Shown: piece by piece, positions 42,901 through 51,243 of the stretch
Numbering within the stretch: the stretch's first letter is position 1
Layout of the letters: every line of letters begins with the position of its first letter
Assembly: GCA_965204375.1 (NCBI GenBank)
Contig: OZ241986.1
Location: forward strand, 2,944,001-3,008,000
Reading direction: 5' to 3'
DNA length: 64,000 nt
Origin: Candidatus Latescibacterota bacterium
GTDB lineage: Bacteria > Latescibacterota > UBA2968
Position numbers and translations under genes: made by a program
Notes under the pieces: generated by a model
Database searches by the model: none
Told to the model about the DNA's origin: nothing
The model's input: only the letters and a program-made list of their open reading frames with translations

Positions 42901-43360
42901 GGATGTTGAGACGAAAAAAAATATCGCTACCATTGAGACATCTACGAGTTTTTTCAATTCTGTCAATTCTGTGGCATTCTCGCCTGATGGTAGGATGCTC
43001 GCGTCGGGATCAGAGGATGGTACAGTCAAACTATGGAATGTTGAAACGCAAAGAGAAATTACCACTCTCAAGGGGCATCCGAATTGGGTTAATTCTGTGG
43101 CATTTTCTCCCGATGGCGGTACTCTTGCCAGTGGAGATGAGGATGGCCTGGTTCTGCTGTGGAAGACAGATTTGGCAACGCCCGACTTTAATGGTGATGA
43201 GCGTGTTGATTTTTCTGATTTTTTACTTTTTGCGGGACAGTTCGGGGTCAGTCAGGGCGATCAGGAGTATGACGCGAGGTACGATTTGGATGGGGATGGT
43301 GTGATTGGTTTTAGCGATTTTCTGATTTTTGTCAATGCCTTTGGCAAGAAAGGCTCATAA
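39932..43360 (+). CDS. Secreted metzincin-like peptidase + WD40 repeats + Ig-like + dockerin-like protein
   Basis: HEIGHTLGMHH and Met-turn YIMSY; about 14 WD40 units (GH..WVNSVAFSPDG..LASGS.D.TV.LW); KISGDGQEG Ig-like segment; PDFNGDERVDFSDFL. Confidence 0.88.
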   Translation: MNHFIFLFKLFACLFALFCLTAIGHASPHPSTGHNRHICEVLDYKDMLERDSIYAATKHALNLNVGEPRTVRMIYFLPNDRPFRQEMVDSMKVAMRQIQTFYAEQMAVHGYGRKTFRFETDDRGEPVVHRLNGQHSDSHYLDNTFLTVLDEVEQAFDWEKNIYLTVIDYSIDVIGRGSSVAGEALLGGGFALVPDEFHWTTAAHEIGHTLGMHHDFRDGTYIMSYGPGENRLSMCHAEFLAVHPYFNTDSEYKDTPSPKIDLISPPTYPTGATNVTFQLKVSDPDGLHQVILFVGTESDVKACRGLSGERDAIVEFDYDGVIPSPDDPQGTGTSLSDLLIHPIYVEAVDSFGNVAQADFVLADVSTQQQYIATLTGHTNRVNSVAFSPDGTTLASGSNDRTVRLWNVATQREITTLTGHTDWVNSMAFSPDGKILASGSDDQTVRLWDVATQREITTLTGHIGWVNSVAFSPDGEILASGSNDRTVRLWNVATQREITTLTGHIGWVNSVAFSPDGKILASGSDDQTVKLWNVATQREITTLMEHLNVVSSVAFSPDGSTLASGAVSWEAVRLWDVATRTNTATLSEHTDWVNSVAFSPDGKTLASGSDDQTVKLWNVETGRNVATFFKHTGVVQSVAFSPDGSTLASGNEDGSVLLWDSSEVLLSYPTQLVKISGDGQEGVLGAALPNPLIVEVRGTYDQVLAGVQVMFTVTTGDGKLNVETTMTDATGRVESMLTLGSDPGTTIVEVTVPGLEPVIFVSAALAMADISTQHIVTFVGHTDNVNSVVFSPYGTILASGSLEGAVKLWDVETQENIATLEAYPVTSVAFSPDGTILASGSGDFSEFSPNSRSFFVPSSGNAIKLWDVETKKNIATIEVRTSPITSIAFSPDGTILASGSIKGKGIVALWDVETKKNIATIGENTSLLVTSIAFSPDGRMLASGSEDNTVVLWDVATRRSLATLEGHTVAFSPDGRMLASGSVLFGTVHLWDVETKKNIATIETSTSFFNSVNSVAFSPDGRMLASGSEDGTVKLWNVETQREITTLKGHPNWVNSVAFSPDGGTLASGDEDGLVLLWKTDLATPDFNGDERVDFSDFLLFAGQFGVSQGDQEYDARYDLDGDGVIGFSDFLIFVNAFGKKGS

Positions 43361-43477
43361 CTTGCGCTTCGCCATTGAGCAACACATCAACAGTACGGTT
43401 AGAATTGCAAAATCGGTTGAGGTTTGCGATATTATCCAATACGCTGTGCAAAAAACCTTATAGTGTGGACAACTTAT

Positions 43478-45198
43478 CCTGAAAAATTCATAAAAAAGGT
43501 AGTTTCCTTATTCAAGTCATTGTATTATTATAGGTTATCACCATAACCATTAAACAATAGACTTGGAGGAAACTACCATGGGGTCACAAGATAAACATCG
43601 CAAGGTTCCTTTGGCAAGCATTTTCGGCAAACGTGTCAATATCGCCTTTGATGGGGGCATTCTCACCAGCGATAGCGGCGCGTTATTGCTTCGAGAAGTA
43701 GAGGCAAAATCTGGCATTTTAACACGCATGAGTGCTGCGATCAGGGATCGTCGGCATAAGAGTTATGTGAGGCACGCCGTCGCAGAGTTGGTCAAGCAAC
43801 GGGTGTTCCAGATAGCCTGTGGGTATGAAGATGGCAATGATTGTGATGCCTTACGCAGCGATCCGGGTATCAAGGCCGCCTGTGGTGTCTTGCCGCTTTC
43901 AGGTAAAGACTTGGGCAGTCAACCCACGATGAGCCGGTTTGAGAACCAGATCAGGCGAAGCGACTTGTATCGGATTGCCCGTGCCTTCCTCGATTGTTTT
44001 ATCGCTTCGTATAAAAAGCCGCCCGAGGCGATCATCTTAGATATTGATGATACACAGGATACGGTTTATGGGACCCAGCAGTTGTCCCTATTCAATGGCT
44101 ATTACAATGCCTACACCTATCAGCCCTTGCATATTTATGAGGGACAAACCGGTAAGTTGATCACTACGATATTGCGTCCCGGTATCCGTCCGACCGGCCA
44201 ACAGATAGTCGCCATTATCAAGCGTTTGGTGGCCTATCTGCGTCAGGCTTGGCCTGATGTGGCGATCATCTTGCGGGGTGATGCCCACTTTTCTTGTCCG
44301 CAAGTCCATCACCTTTGTGAGACTGATGACCTGTATTTTATCTTAGGACAGACCAGCAATGCCAAGCTTTGTGAGGCGGCACAACCCCTTATCGCGCAGG
44401 CCAAAAGGCTTTATGCACATACAAAGGAGGCCGTGCGTCTTTTTACCTCGTTTTCCTATCAGGCAAAGAGTTGGAACAAGGCACAACGCATCGTATGCAA
44501 GGTCGAAATCAGTGACCGAGGCCAAAACACACGCTTTGTCGTGACCAACCTGAAAAGTTCAATGGCGTCCTTTATCTATCAAAGCGTCTATTGTGCGCGC
44601 GGACAGATGGAAAACTTCATTAAAAATCACAAAACCTTTCTCCACTCTGACCGCACATCCTGTCACAGCTTTACTGCCAATCAGTTCCGCCTCTTTCTCC
44701 ATTCTGCCGCCTATGTCTTGATACAGACATTGGCGCAAATAGGATTCAATGGCACAAGGTGGATAAACGCGCAGGTCAATACCATTCAAAATCGCTTCCT
44801 CAAAGTCGCAGGACGCGTCTGTGAGTTGAAAACAAGGATCACCTTCCATCTGCCTGTGTCCTATCCTTTGCAACATCTGTATCATAAAATCCTACACAAT
44901 CTGAAAAGGGCAGGACCTTAACCCAAAACGCAGGAGGGCAGAGATGGCAAGCAGAAGGCAGACAACATCACTGGCGCACACCGCCTTGTGCTGGGCAAAG
45001 ACTCGGCAGGCAAGGGCAAGGGGGAACCTCTGCCCTTTTTGACTACCACAGGCACGCTCTACCAATGACATTGACCTGTCAGAACCCGGTAAAAACACAA
45101 TCGGGAGCAACAAAAACAGAAAAACACGGACAGAGGGCTTACAACATCGAAATGATGACATAAATAGACTATTCAAAAACTTTCATGAATTAGTCGGG
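43478..45198 (+). mobile_element. IS1380-family insertion sequence
   Basis: Imperfect TIRs CCTGAAAAATTCATAAAA / TTTCATGAATTAGTCGGG; TTAT duplicated at 43474-43477 and 45199-45202. Confidence 0.88.
43563..44921 (+). CDS. IS1380-family transposase
   Basis: FDGG.LTSDSG, GYEDGND, SQPTMSRFEN, LDIDDT, RGDAHF, YCARGQMENFIK. Confidence 0.94.
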   Translation: MEETTMGSQDKHRKVPLASIFGKRVNIAFDGGILTSDSGALLLREVEAKSGILTRMSAAIRDRRHKSYVRHAVAELVKQRVFQIACGYEDGNDCDALRSDPGIKAACGVLPLSGKDLGSQPTMSRFENQIRRSDLYRIARAFLDCFIASYKKPPEAIILDIDDTQDTVYGTQQLSLFNGYYNAYTYQPLHIYEGQTGKLITTILRPGIRPTGQQIVAIIKRLVAYLRQAWPDVAIILRGDAHFSCPQVHHLCETDDLYFILGQTSNAKLCEAAQPLIAQAKRLYAHTKEAVRLFTSFSYQAKSWNKAQRIVCKVEISDRGQNTRFVVTNLKSSMASFIYQSVYCARGQMENFIKNHKTFLHSDRTSCHSFTANQFRLFLHSAAYVLIQTLAQIGFNGTRWINAQVNTIQNRFLKVAGRVCELKTRITFHLPVSYPLQHLYHKILHNLKRAGP

Positions 45199-45336
45199 TT
45201 ATGAAAACAACGCAAATGGAAATTTTAGAAAAGGCAATTAGCCCTTGACGGCTTATGAGTTGAAATTGGGGCAAATTAGACACGACTAAATTAACAATAA
45301 GGGCAAGGTCAGGCAACGTTAAGACCTCGCCCTTGT

Positions 45337-45405
45337 TTACATGTCACCCGATTCGAGTTTCTTATCAATCTCCTGTTCAGCATTACCAATTTCATCGGAT
45401 GTCAC
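45337..45405 (-). CDS. Putative 22-aa acidic micropeptide
   Basis: AGGAGGTG RBS 7 nt before GTG; MTSDEIGNAEQEIDKKLESGDM*; followed by hairpin 45299-45334. Confidence 0.45.
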   Translation of the reverse strand: MTSDEIGNAEQEIDKKLESGDM

Positions 45406-45542
45406 AAGGCCTCACCTCCTTTTGAGTCATTATGGTAACTAATACCAATTACAAGAGTCTTAGAATGCTAATAAATATGGATTTATAGACAATAAATTAG
45501 TATATAGTTAATAAAAAGTTGCAAAAAGTCAAAGTAATTTTC

Positions 45543-45635
45543 TCGTTTTGCTGGCTTATAACCTGCGAAAAGGAAGGTAAGGGAACGATTAGCGGTCGAT
45601 CCCTTACCCAGACCAATCACCCGCCACCAAAACGA
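45543..45635 (+). ncRNA. Putative structured leader RNA (three-way junction) before the IS1595 transposase
   Basis: TCGTTTTG-c-TGGC pairs with GCCA-c-CAAAACGA; GGTAAGGGA pairs with TCCCTTACC; short CCT/AGG hairpin. Confidence 0.45.
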
Positions 45636-45652
45636 ATGAAAGGGTATAAGAA

Positions 45653-46546
45653 ATGATGGATATATTTGAAATGTTTAAGAGGTTGAAAAGTCAAGAGGAT
45701 TGTATAAAGTATCTGGAAGATATACGATTTAAAGAGCAAGCATATTGTCCGCATTGTAACGGAACAAAGGTTGCTCGAAAGCGAGAAAATGACGTTGTAG
45801 GTCGCTGGAATTGCTATGAGTGCGGGAGTAGTTTCAATGTAATGTCGGGAACTATATTTCATAGAACGCGATACCCTTTAATGATCTGGTTCATTGGGAT
45901 AGCTTTAATGTTGCATTCAAAGAGTAGCCTATCAAGTAATGAAATGGCGGAGCATCTTAAAATCTCGCAAAAGGGAGCGTATAGAATGCAAATGAAGATA
46001 CGCAAGGAATTTATGAGCGAAGAAAAATCAACGAAATTGAACGGAATACTTGAAGCTGATGAAACGTATCTTGACATTAAAATAGGCAAGCCAAATAAAC
46101 AGGGTCGCGGAGCCAATAAGCTCAAGATACTTGGGGTTGTTGAACGAGGCGGTCAGGTAATCACAAAAGTAGTTGACGATGTTAAAGGCAAGACTATTAG
46201 AAAGTTCATAAGGGAATCAATTAGACCTGAAGGGTCGGTATTGATAACAGATAATTTCAAGTCTTACAGTAAGATGTATAAAATAGTGAGGCACGAAGTA
46301 ATAACAAGAAAAGGTAAAGTGTTCACAAATGGGATTCATACGAATACGATAGAGGGCTTTTGGTTCCACCTGAAAAAGTCGCTTTATGGAACGCATCATC
46401 ATTATAGCGAGAATAGAGCAAAGATGTATCTGGCAGAAGTTTGCTATAAATACAATCACAGATTTTACAGTACTGAAAAGACATTCCATCGTTTCCTATG
46501 CCATAGTTTGAGAGCTTACGAATTTATACCCAGATGGGATGTATAA
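45653..46546 (+). CDS. IS1595-family transposase
   Basis: CPHC..CYEC zinc ribbon, GTIF, EADETY, TDNFKSY, HTNTIEGFW..LK, YLAE..YKYN. Confidence 0.94.
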   Translation: MMDIFEMFKRLKSQEDCIKYLEDIRFKEQAYCPHCNGTKVARKRENDVVGRWNCYECGSSFNVMSGTIFHRTRYPLMIWFIGIALMLHSKSSLSSNEMAEHLKISQKGAYRMQMKIRKEFMSEEKSTKLNGILEADETYLDIKIGKPNKQGRGANKLKILGVVERGGQVITKVVDDVKGKTIRKFIRESIRPEGSVLITDNFKSYSKMYKIVRHEVITRKGKVFTNGIHTNTIEGFWFHLKKSLYGTHHHYSENRAKMYLAEVCYKYNHRFYSTEKTFHRFLCHSLRAYEFIPRWDV

Positions 46547-46621
46547 ATAACTTACAAACGCAATGGATAAGCCCGTAATAATGAGCAGTTAAGTGTAACT
46601 TAAAGAAAGGAGTAAATTATG

Positions 46622-46650
46622 TTGTGACGTAAGTAGAAATCCCGTATATT
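46622..46650 (+). promoter_or_regulatory. Putative sigma70 promoter for the structured RNA
   Basis: TTGTGA-17 nt-TATATT; predicted +1 near 46657, the first base of the long stem. Confidence 0.4.
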
Positions 46651-46656
46651 TTAGCC

Positions 46657-46911
46657 GTCAACAGTTTTTGCAGAACCCGCTACGTCGGGTATCTGCTGAA
46701 TAAAACAGCCACGAGACAAGTTGAGTTAAGGGTAGCTCCCGTGACTCGACTGGCGAATAAGCAGAACATTCCGCGTTTCTATTCTGCGAGAACTGTTGAC
46801 AATGCCCGACTCCCATTTTACGGGTAGGGCAGAAAGTCAACGCGCAGTTATAGAAATGCGTTTTTATTTGTACAAAGTGATACGGAGTGATGGGTAAGAT
46901 CACCCCGTATC
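46657..46911 (+). ncRNA. Putative highly structured RNA / riboregulatory leader
   Basis: 19-bp stem 46657-46675/46782-46800 with G-U pairs on the + strand, several internal stems, an alternative helix and hairpin 46879-46911. Confidence 0.6.
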
Positions 46912-46954
46912 GAAACCCCTTCATCACAATCGAGTGTAGAAAGGATTTATCACA

Positions 46955-47518
46955 ATGTATCAGAATATACGTGAAGTTGCAAATGCTATTGATCAAGAGG
47001 TAATAACAGGTCAATACGCAATCGGGAATCTGCAAGAGATCAGAAAACAATTGAGAGGCTTGAGATGTCGAGCAGGGTCAACGATATTCAAATTCCCTCG
47101 TAATCAACCAGTTAGAGACTACGCCTATCATTGGGGCGGACGCAGGGAATGTCAATTCAATATCCAGTTCCACAACAAACTTGACGGAAACTATATTGAG
47201 TTTGGTCTTGCATTCTCGCTTGAAGATATGCGAGGATGCGATATAGTAGAAGAACTTGAACCAAGAATTTGCAGATTTAACGAGTTCACTAATGGCGCAA
47301 ACGGTGACTTCGGAAACTACCAACTTGCAGTAACATATCAGAACGGAGGATTTGAACCAAGAGACCGCGACCTAATCATCCCTGAAGAATGGGTAGAAGT
47401 AGGCAACTTTATACAGTTCTTCAATATGTATAAAGAACGCGCCAATCTCGCAGGAGTCCGCCACGTATTGAGCGAGTTTGATAGCCTGTTACCGTTGTAT
47501 GAATACACAATGCAATAA
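46955..47518 (+). CDS. Hypothetical passenger protein (187 aa)
   Basis: AAGGA RBS; motifs YAYHWGGRRECQFNI, FGLAFSLE, FDSLLPLYEY. Confidence 0.75.
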   Translation: MYQNIREVANAIDQEVITGQYAIGNLQEIRKQLRGLRCRAGSTIFKFPRNQPVRDYAYHWGGRRECQFNIQFHNKLDGNYIEFGLAFSLEDMRGCDIVEELEPRICRFNEFTNGANGDFGNYQLAVTYQNGGFEPRDRDLIIPEEWVEVGNFIQFFNMYKERANLAGVRHVLSEFDSLLPLYEYTMQ

Positions 47519-47790
47519 GTTACGCTAAAGAACGGTATTTCAAGCAGTTGGGATACCGTTCTGGCATTCTACTGTATAAAATTCCGCAATCAAGTCAAGC
47601 AAAATTAAGCAATAGGAGCAACCAAAATGGCAACTGCAATTGGAATCTTGCTTATCGTCTTTGCCTTTATAGTGTTAATCGTCACTATTCAAGGGATGAG
47701 AGACCCCAAATCGTACGGGAACAAAGATATGACGAGTTCCCAAATCTTGAAGACCAACTCAATAATAATTATTGTTCTGCTATCTGTAAG

Positions 47791-49189
47791 TGTTATGCTT
47801 CAGATAAAACTGGACTTTTGCGGATCTTTGATAAGCTATAAATTGGGCTCAGACAAAGGAGGAGTCCATGTCGAAGAAGCGTAAGCAATATACCCCTGAG
47901 GAGAAGGTGTCGATTTTGCGTCGTCATCTGTTAGATGGCGTACCCGTGTCAGATTTGTGCGATGCCCATGGGATTCACCCGACGATGTTCTACAAGTGGC
48001 AGAAGGTGTTTTTCGAGCAAGGTGCCTCAGCCTTTGCGCCAAAGCAGAGTGTGCACGAGAAACAGCAAGCCAAAAAGATTGCGGTCCTACAGGCCAAATT
48101 GACCACAAAGAACGAAGTGTTGTCAGAACTGATGGAAGAGCACATTTTTCTAAAAAAAAGTCTTGGGGAGACCTGAGTCCGCGCAAGGTATCGCGTGCCA
48201 TTCGCGATGCGGTGATTGATTTTGTCGTCCATTGGCACAAGCAAACTGGTATCTGCATCGGTCAGTTTTTATCCTTATTAGAGTTATCCAAAAGCACATA
48301 CTATGACTGGAAAGCCCGGTATGGTGTGCCCAATGTCTCTTATGCATCACTGCCCAAGACATCCTGGCTCTTAGACTGGGAGAAGCAAGCCATTATCACT
48401 TATGCCTTATCGCATCCCGACTTGGGGTATCGTCGTCTTTCGTATCAGATGATAGATGAAGATGTGGTCGCCGTTTCGCCCAGCAGCGTGTATCGCGTGC
48501 TCAAAAGGGCCGATTTGCTTGGTCGAACTTTAAAAGAGGTCTCAAAGAAGGGGACAGGATTTGACCAGCCAACAGGCGCACACCAGCATTGGCATGTGGA
48601 TGTATCCTATCTGAATATCTGCGGGACCTTCTACTACTTATGTGCCCTTTTAGATGGCTATAGTCGATACCTCGTCCATTTTGAGATCCGAGAAGCGATG
48701 CGAGAAGCAGATGTCGAGATCATTATTCAAAGAGGTAGAGAAAAGTTCCCGAAGGCTACACCGCGTATCATCTCGGATAACGGCCCGCAGTTTATCGCGC
48801 ACGCCTTCAAGTCCTTTATTAGACACTGCGGGATGACCCATGTGCGAACCTCGCCGTTTTATCCGCAATCCAATGGCAAGATCGAGCGGTGGCACCAGTC
48901 GCTCAAGCGCGAGTGCATTCGTCCCAAAACACCGACGAATTTGGAGGAGGCGCGAGAGGTCGTTGCCAGATTTGTCGCGCATTACAACCACAGGAGATAC
49001 CACGCCGGGATTGGGTATATCGCACCTGTTGATAAATTGTGTGGTCGAGCACCGATTATTGTTAAAGAACGAAAACGCAAGTTGGCGCAGGCAAAATGCC
49101 TGCGTGCCCAACTCAGAGCCGTCAAACCCGTTGCCTATTTGTAGCTTAACTATAACACGCAAAATTCCACTTTACTTTGAACCATTACA
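47791..49189 (+). mobile_element. IS3-family insertion sequence
   Basis: TG...CA ends, about 48-bp imperfect IRs, TAAG TSD (47787-47790 / 49190-49193). Confidence 0.92.
47868..49144 (+). CDS. IS3 transposase OrfA (47868-48176) / OrfB joined by -1 frameshift
   Basis: HTH OrfA; A8G slippery run at 48152-48160; OrfB WHVDVSY, SDNGPQF, PQSNGKIERWH..LK. Confidence 0.92.
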
Positions 49190-49760
49190 TAAGTATATAC
49201 CTCTTCAATTCGCCTTACGATATGACGAAAGAAGTAGTTAATAATGAATCGGAACAAGCAGAACAACCAGAGTTTTCTTTTACTGTCAACGAATTTATCC
49301 GTAGATACAACCAAGCAACACAGAACTTTCCAGAAGATCAAGCTATCGAGAAAATGAGAGAGCCTATTATTGTTGAGGATAAATGGGAAATAGAAGGCGG
49401 ACTTCAATACCAACTAACAAAAGCCGATACAAAATCTTTGCTATATGTCACAACGAACGGAAACAATTTCGCAAGCTCCATCTACTATATGATATTTATA
49501 CCAAAGGATTCAGAGATTATGTCTATTCTGGCACACTTGATTTTTAGATTCTCAGCAACTATTATGGCAGTTGAAAATCCTGATATGTCACCAACAGAAA
49601 GGGGCAAGCGATTGAAAGAAATCGGATTTTTCAAAGCCATTGAAGAACAGAGCGAAATTGTCACGAGAAAAAACAATGTGGACTACAAAGTTGATCTATC
49701 AGTCGCGCTTGGTGCTGTAACCCTCTCAATAAAACCGAGCAAATGAAAGGATCAGGAACA

Positions 49761-50318
49761 ATGAAAATATTGACCATCGCGATAATAATCGCTATATCGT
49801 TTATCCGTGCCGAATGTGATATACTCCACAATGACGTGCTGTATTTCTCAGGCGAGCGAGTTGAGACGACAGAACGGGACAAGAAAGTATCCCGTGAGCC
49901 TCTCAAGGCGTATATGAAACAACGTCCTAACGGGCAAATATACGGCTACGTGACGGGAGTATCAGTTAGCAAGAGTAGGAGACATCTGTTGATACGTTGC
50001 GTAATCCGTAATAAGGATAGCCCGATAAGTCGGGTATTAGGCAGCCTATCGGTTGAGTATTACAACCCATCGAACGGCTACTACAAATCAGCGAGTTTAG
50101 ACTACATAGAATTCAAGACGTTCAACGTTGCTATTGATGATACGATAGCAGCGAATGAGACCAGAACATACGTATTCAAGCAATTCATAGATTTTCTGGA
50201 AGCGTCCAATAACTATGGCTTGCAAATGCTCTGGAATCGTCACAGGCTCACGAGTGATACAAGGTCATTCAGATGGACGTTTGAACCGTCATACGTCAGG
50301 CAATTTCGTAATCAGTAG
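49761..50318 (+). CDS. Hypothetical secreted passenger protein
   Basis: MKILTIAIIIAISFIRA signal-like N-terminus; no family recognised. Confidence 0.65.
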   Translation: MKILTIAIIIAISFIRAECDILHNDVLYFSGERVETTERDKKVSREPLKAYMKQRPNGQIYGYVTGVSVSKSRRHLLIRCVIRNKDSPISRVLGSLSVEYYNPSNGYYKSASLDYIEFKTFNVAIDDTIAANETRTYVFKQFIDFLEASNNYGLQMLWNRHRLTSDTRSFRWTFEPSYVRQFRNQ

Positions 50319-50378
50319 AGCAGAACTTGACAGACGTATCGACAGAGACTACCTTTAATCACAAACAAGGAAAAGAAT

Positions 50379-50633
50379 ATGACAACAGCAGAGAGACTAA
50401 TAGAGCATAAATTAAAAGATGTTAGGTATGAATACAGTAAAGAGGACACGCAGAATAAAGCTGATTCTGAATTCTACTGGCGTATAAGATTTGGGAAGGA
50501 CAAGATAGCGAGATCAAATGAAACCTTCACAAATTTTAACAAGTGCAAAGATGACTTGATAGAATTCGTATCGAAGATAAAGGGTGACGAGAGAAAAATT
50601 ACAAGGGAAGATATAAAGTTTGTAAAAGGCTAA
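50379..50633 (+). CDS. YegP/DUF1508-like small protein
   Basis: FYWRI.....IARSNETF....C pattern; AAGGA RBS. Confidence 0.55.
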   Translation: MTTAERLIEHKLKDVRYEYSKEDTQNKADSEFYWRIRFGKDKIARSNETFTNFNKCKDDLIEFVSKIKGDERKITREDIKFVKG

Positions 50634-50864
50634 TCAAGGTATCTCAAGTGTTACCTCATTGCCGCTGGCAATAGTATAAGGATGATTCTTTTTAACCTGC
50701 TCTATCTTACTTTCTAAATCCTTATCAGTCACATTTCTACTCGCGTATCCAAAGTCATCAATATAGACAGGTTGCTTTACAATAAAGTCTCCGTTATACT
50801 TCTCCTCAACAATAATATCTGGTTGCCCTTCTCCTAATGATATGCGCCTAACTTCTTTTGACAT
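50634..50864 (-). CDS. Hypothetical passenger protein (76 aa)
   Basis: AAGGAG RBS, clean ORF just inside the right TIR. Confidence 0.6.
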   Translation of the reverse strand: MSKEVRRISLGEGQPDIIVEEKYNGDFIVKQPVYIDDFGYASRNVTDKDLESKIEQVKKNHPYTIASGNEVTLEIP

Positions 50865-51044
50865 AGCTAAATACTCCTTATGCTAATTAGTTAGCACTTT
50901 TTGAGCAAAATTTTTTCGGGTTTGCGTGAACCTCGTAAGCCGTCAAGGGCTAATTGCCTAAAAAATACCCCGTGACAGAAGGTGAATTTGACATCTGGGA
51001 AACAGAACAAATTTGGGGTGATCAATTTATACAGGGAACTAAAA

Positions 51045-51239
51045 ATGAAATTCGACCGCATAACATTTGATCCCAAAATGATGGGCGGACGCACATGTAT
51101 CCGAGGCATGCGTGTAACGGTTTCTCTTTTGGTCAATTTGGTTGCAAACCGCATGTCAACAGAAGAGATTCTTGAAGCTTATCCTTATCTCGAAGCTGAA
51201 GATGTTCAACAAGCACTTCAATTCGATACCTTGACGTAG
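51045..51239 (+). CDS. DUF433 family antitoxin-like protein
   Basis: RITFDPKMMGGRTCIRGMRVTV...EEILEAYPYLEAEDV. Confidence 0.88.
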   Translation: MKFDRITFDPKMMGGRTCIRGMRVTVSLLVNLVANRMSTEEILEAYPYLEAEDVQQALQFDTLT

Positions 51240-51243
51240 ATTA

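Larger units (their letters stand above)
47627..49746 (+). pseudogene. Membrane-anchored passenger gene (238 aa reconstructed) split by IS3
   Basis: 47627-47790 joins in frame to 49194-49746 when the IS and one TAAG copy are removed (..IVLLSVS|IYLFNSPYD..). Confidence 0.85.
45233..50958 (+). mobile_element. IS1595-family transposon with passenger genes (5726 bp including nested IS3)
   Basis: 27-bp TIRs GGCAATTAGCCCTTGACGGCTTATGAG (45233-45259) and CTCGTAAGCCGTCAAGGGCTAATTGCC (50932-50958), 1 mismatch; visibly AT-richer than flanks; no perfect TSD. Confidence 0.88.

Noticed and set aside
41040-43160. Near-identical 126-bp repeats as a CRISPR or non-coding array
   Set aside because: They are in-frame WD40 units with no unique spacers, and there are no cas genes.
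46802-46897. 31-aa ORF MPDSHFTG... inside the RNA
   Set aside because: No RBS and no recognisable features; likely incidental.
46560-46920. Hammerhead, twister, group I/II intron or tRNA identity for the structured RNA
   Set aside because: No CTGATGA core, twister pseudoknot consensus, intron domain V or cloverleaf found by eye.
45220-50970. Prophage interpretation of the AT-rich island
   Set aside because: No integrase or structural genes; the island is bounded by IS-type TIRs.
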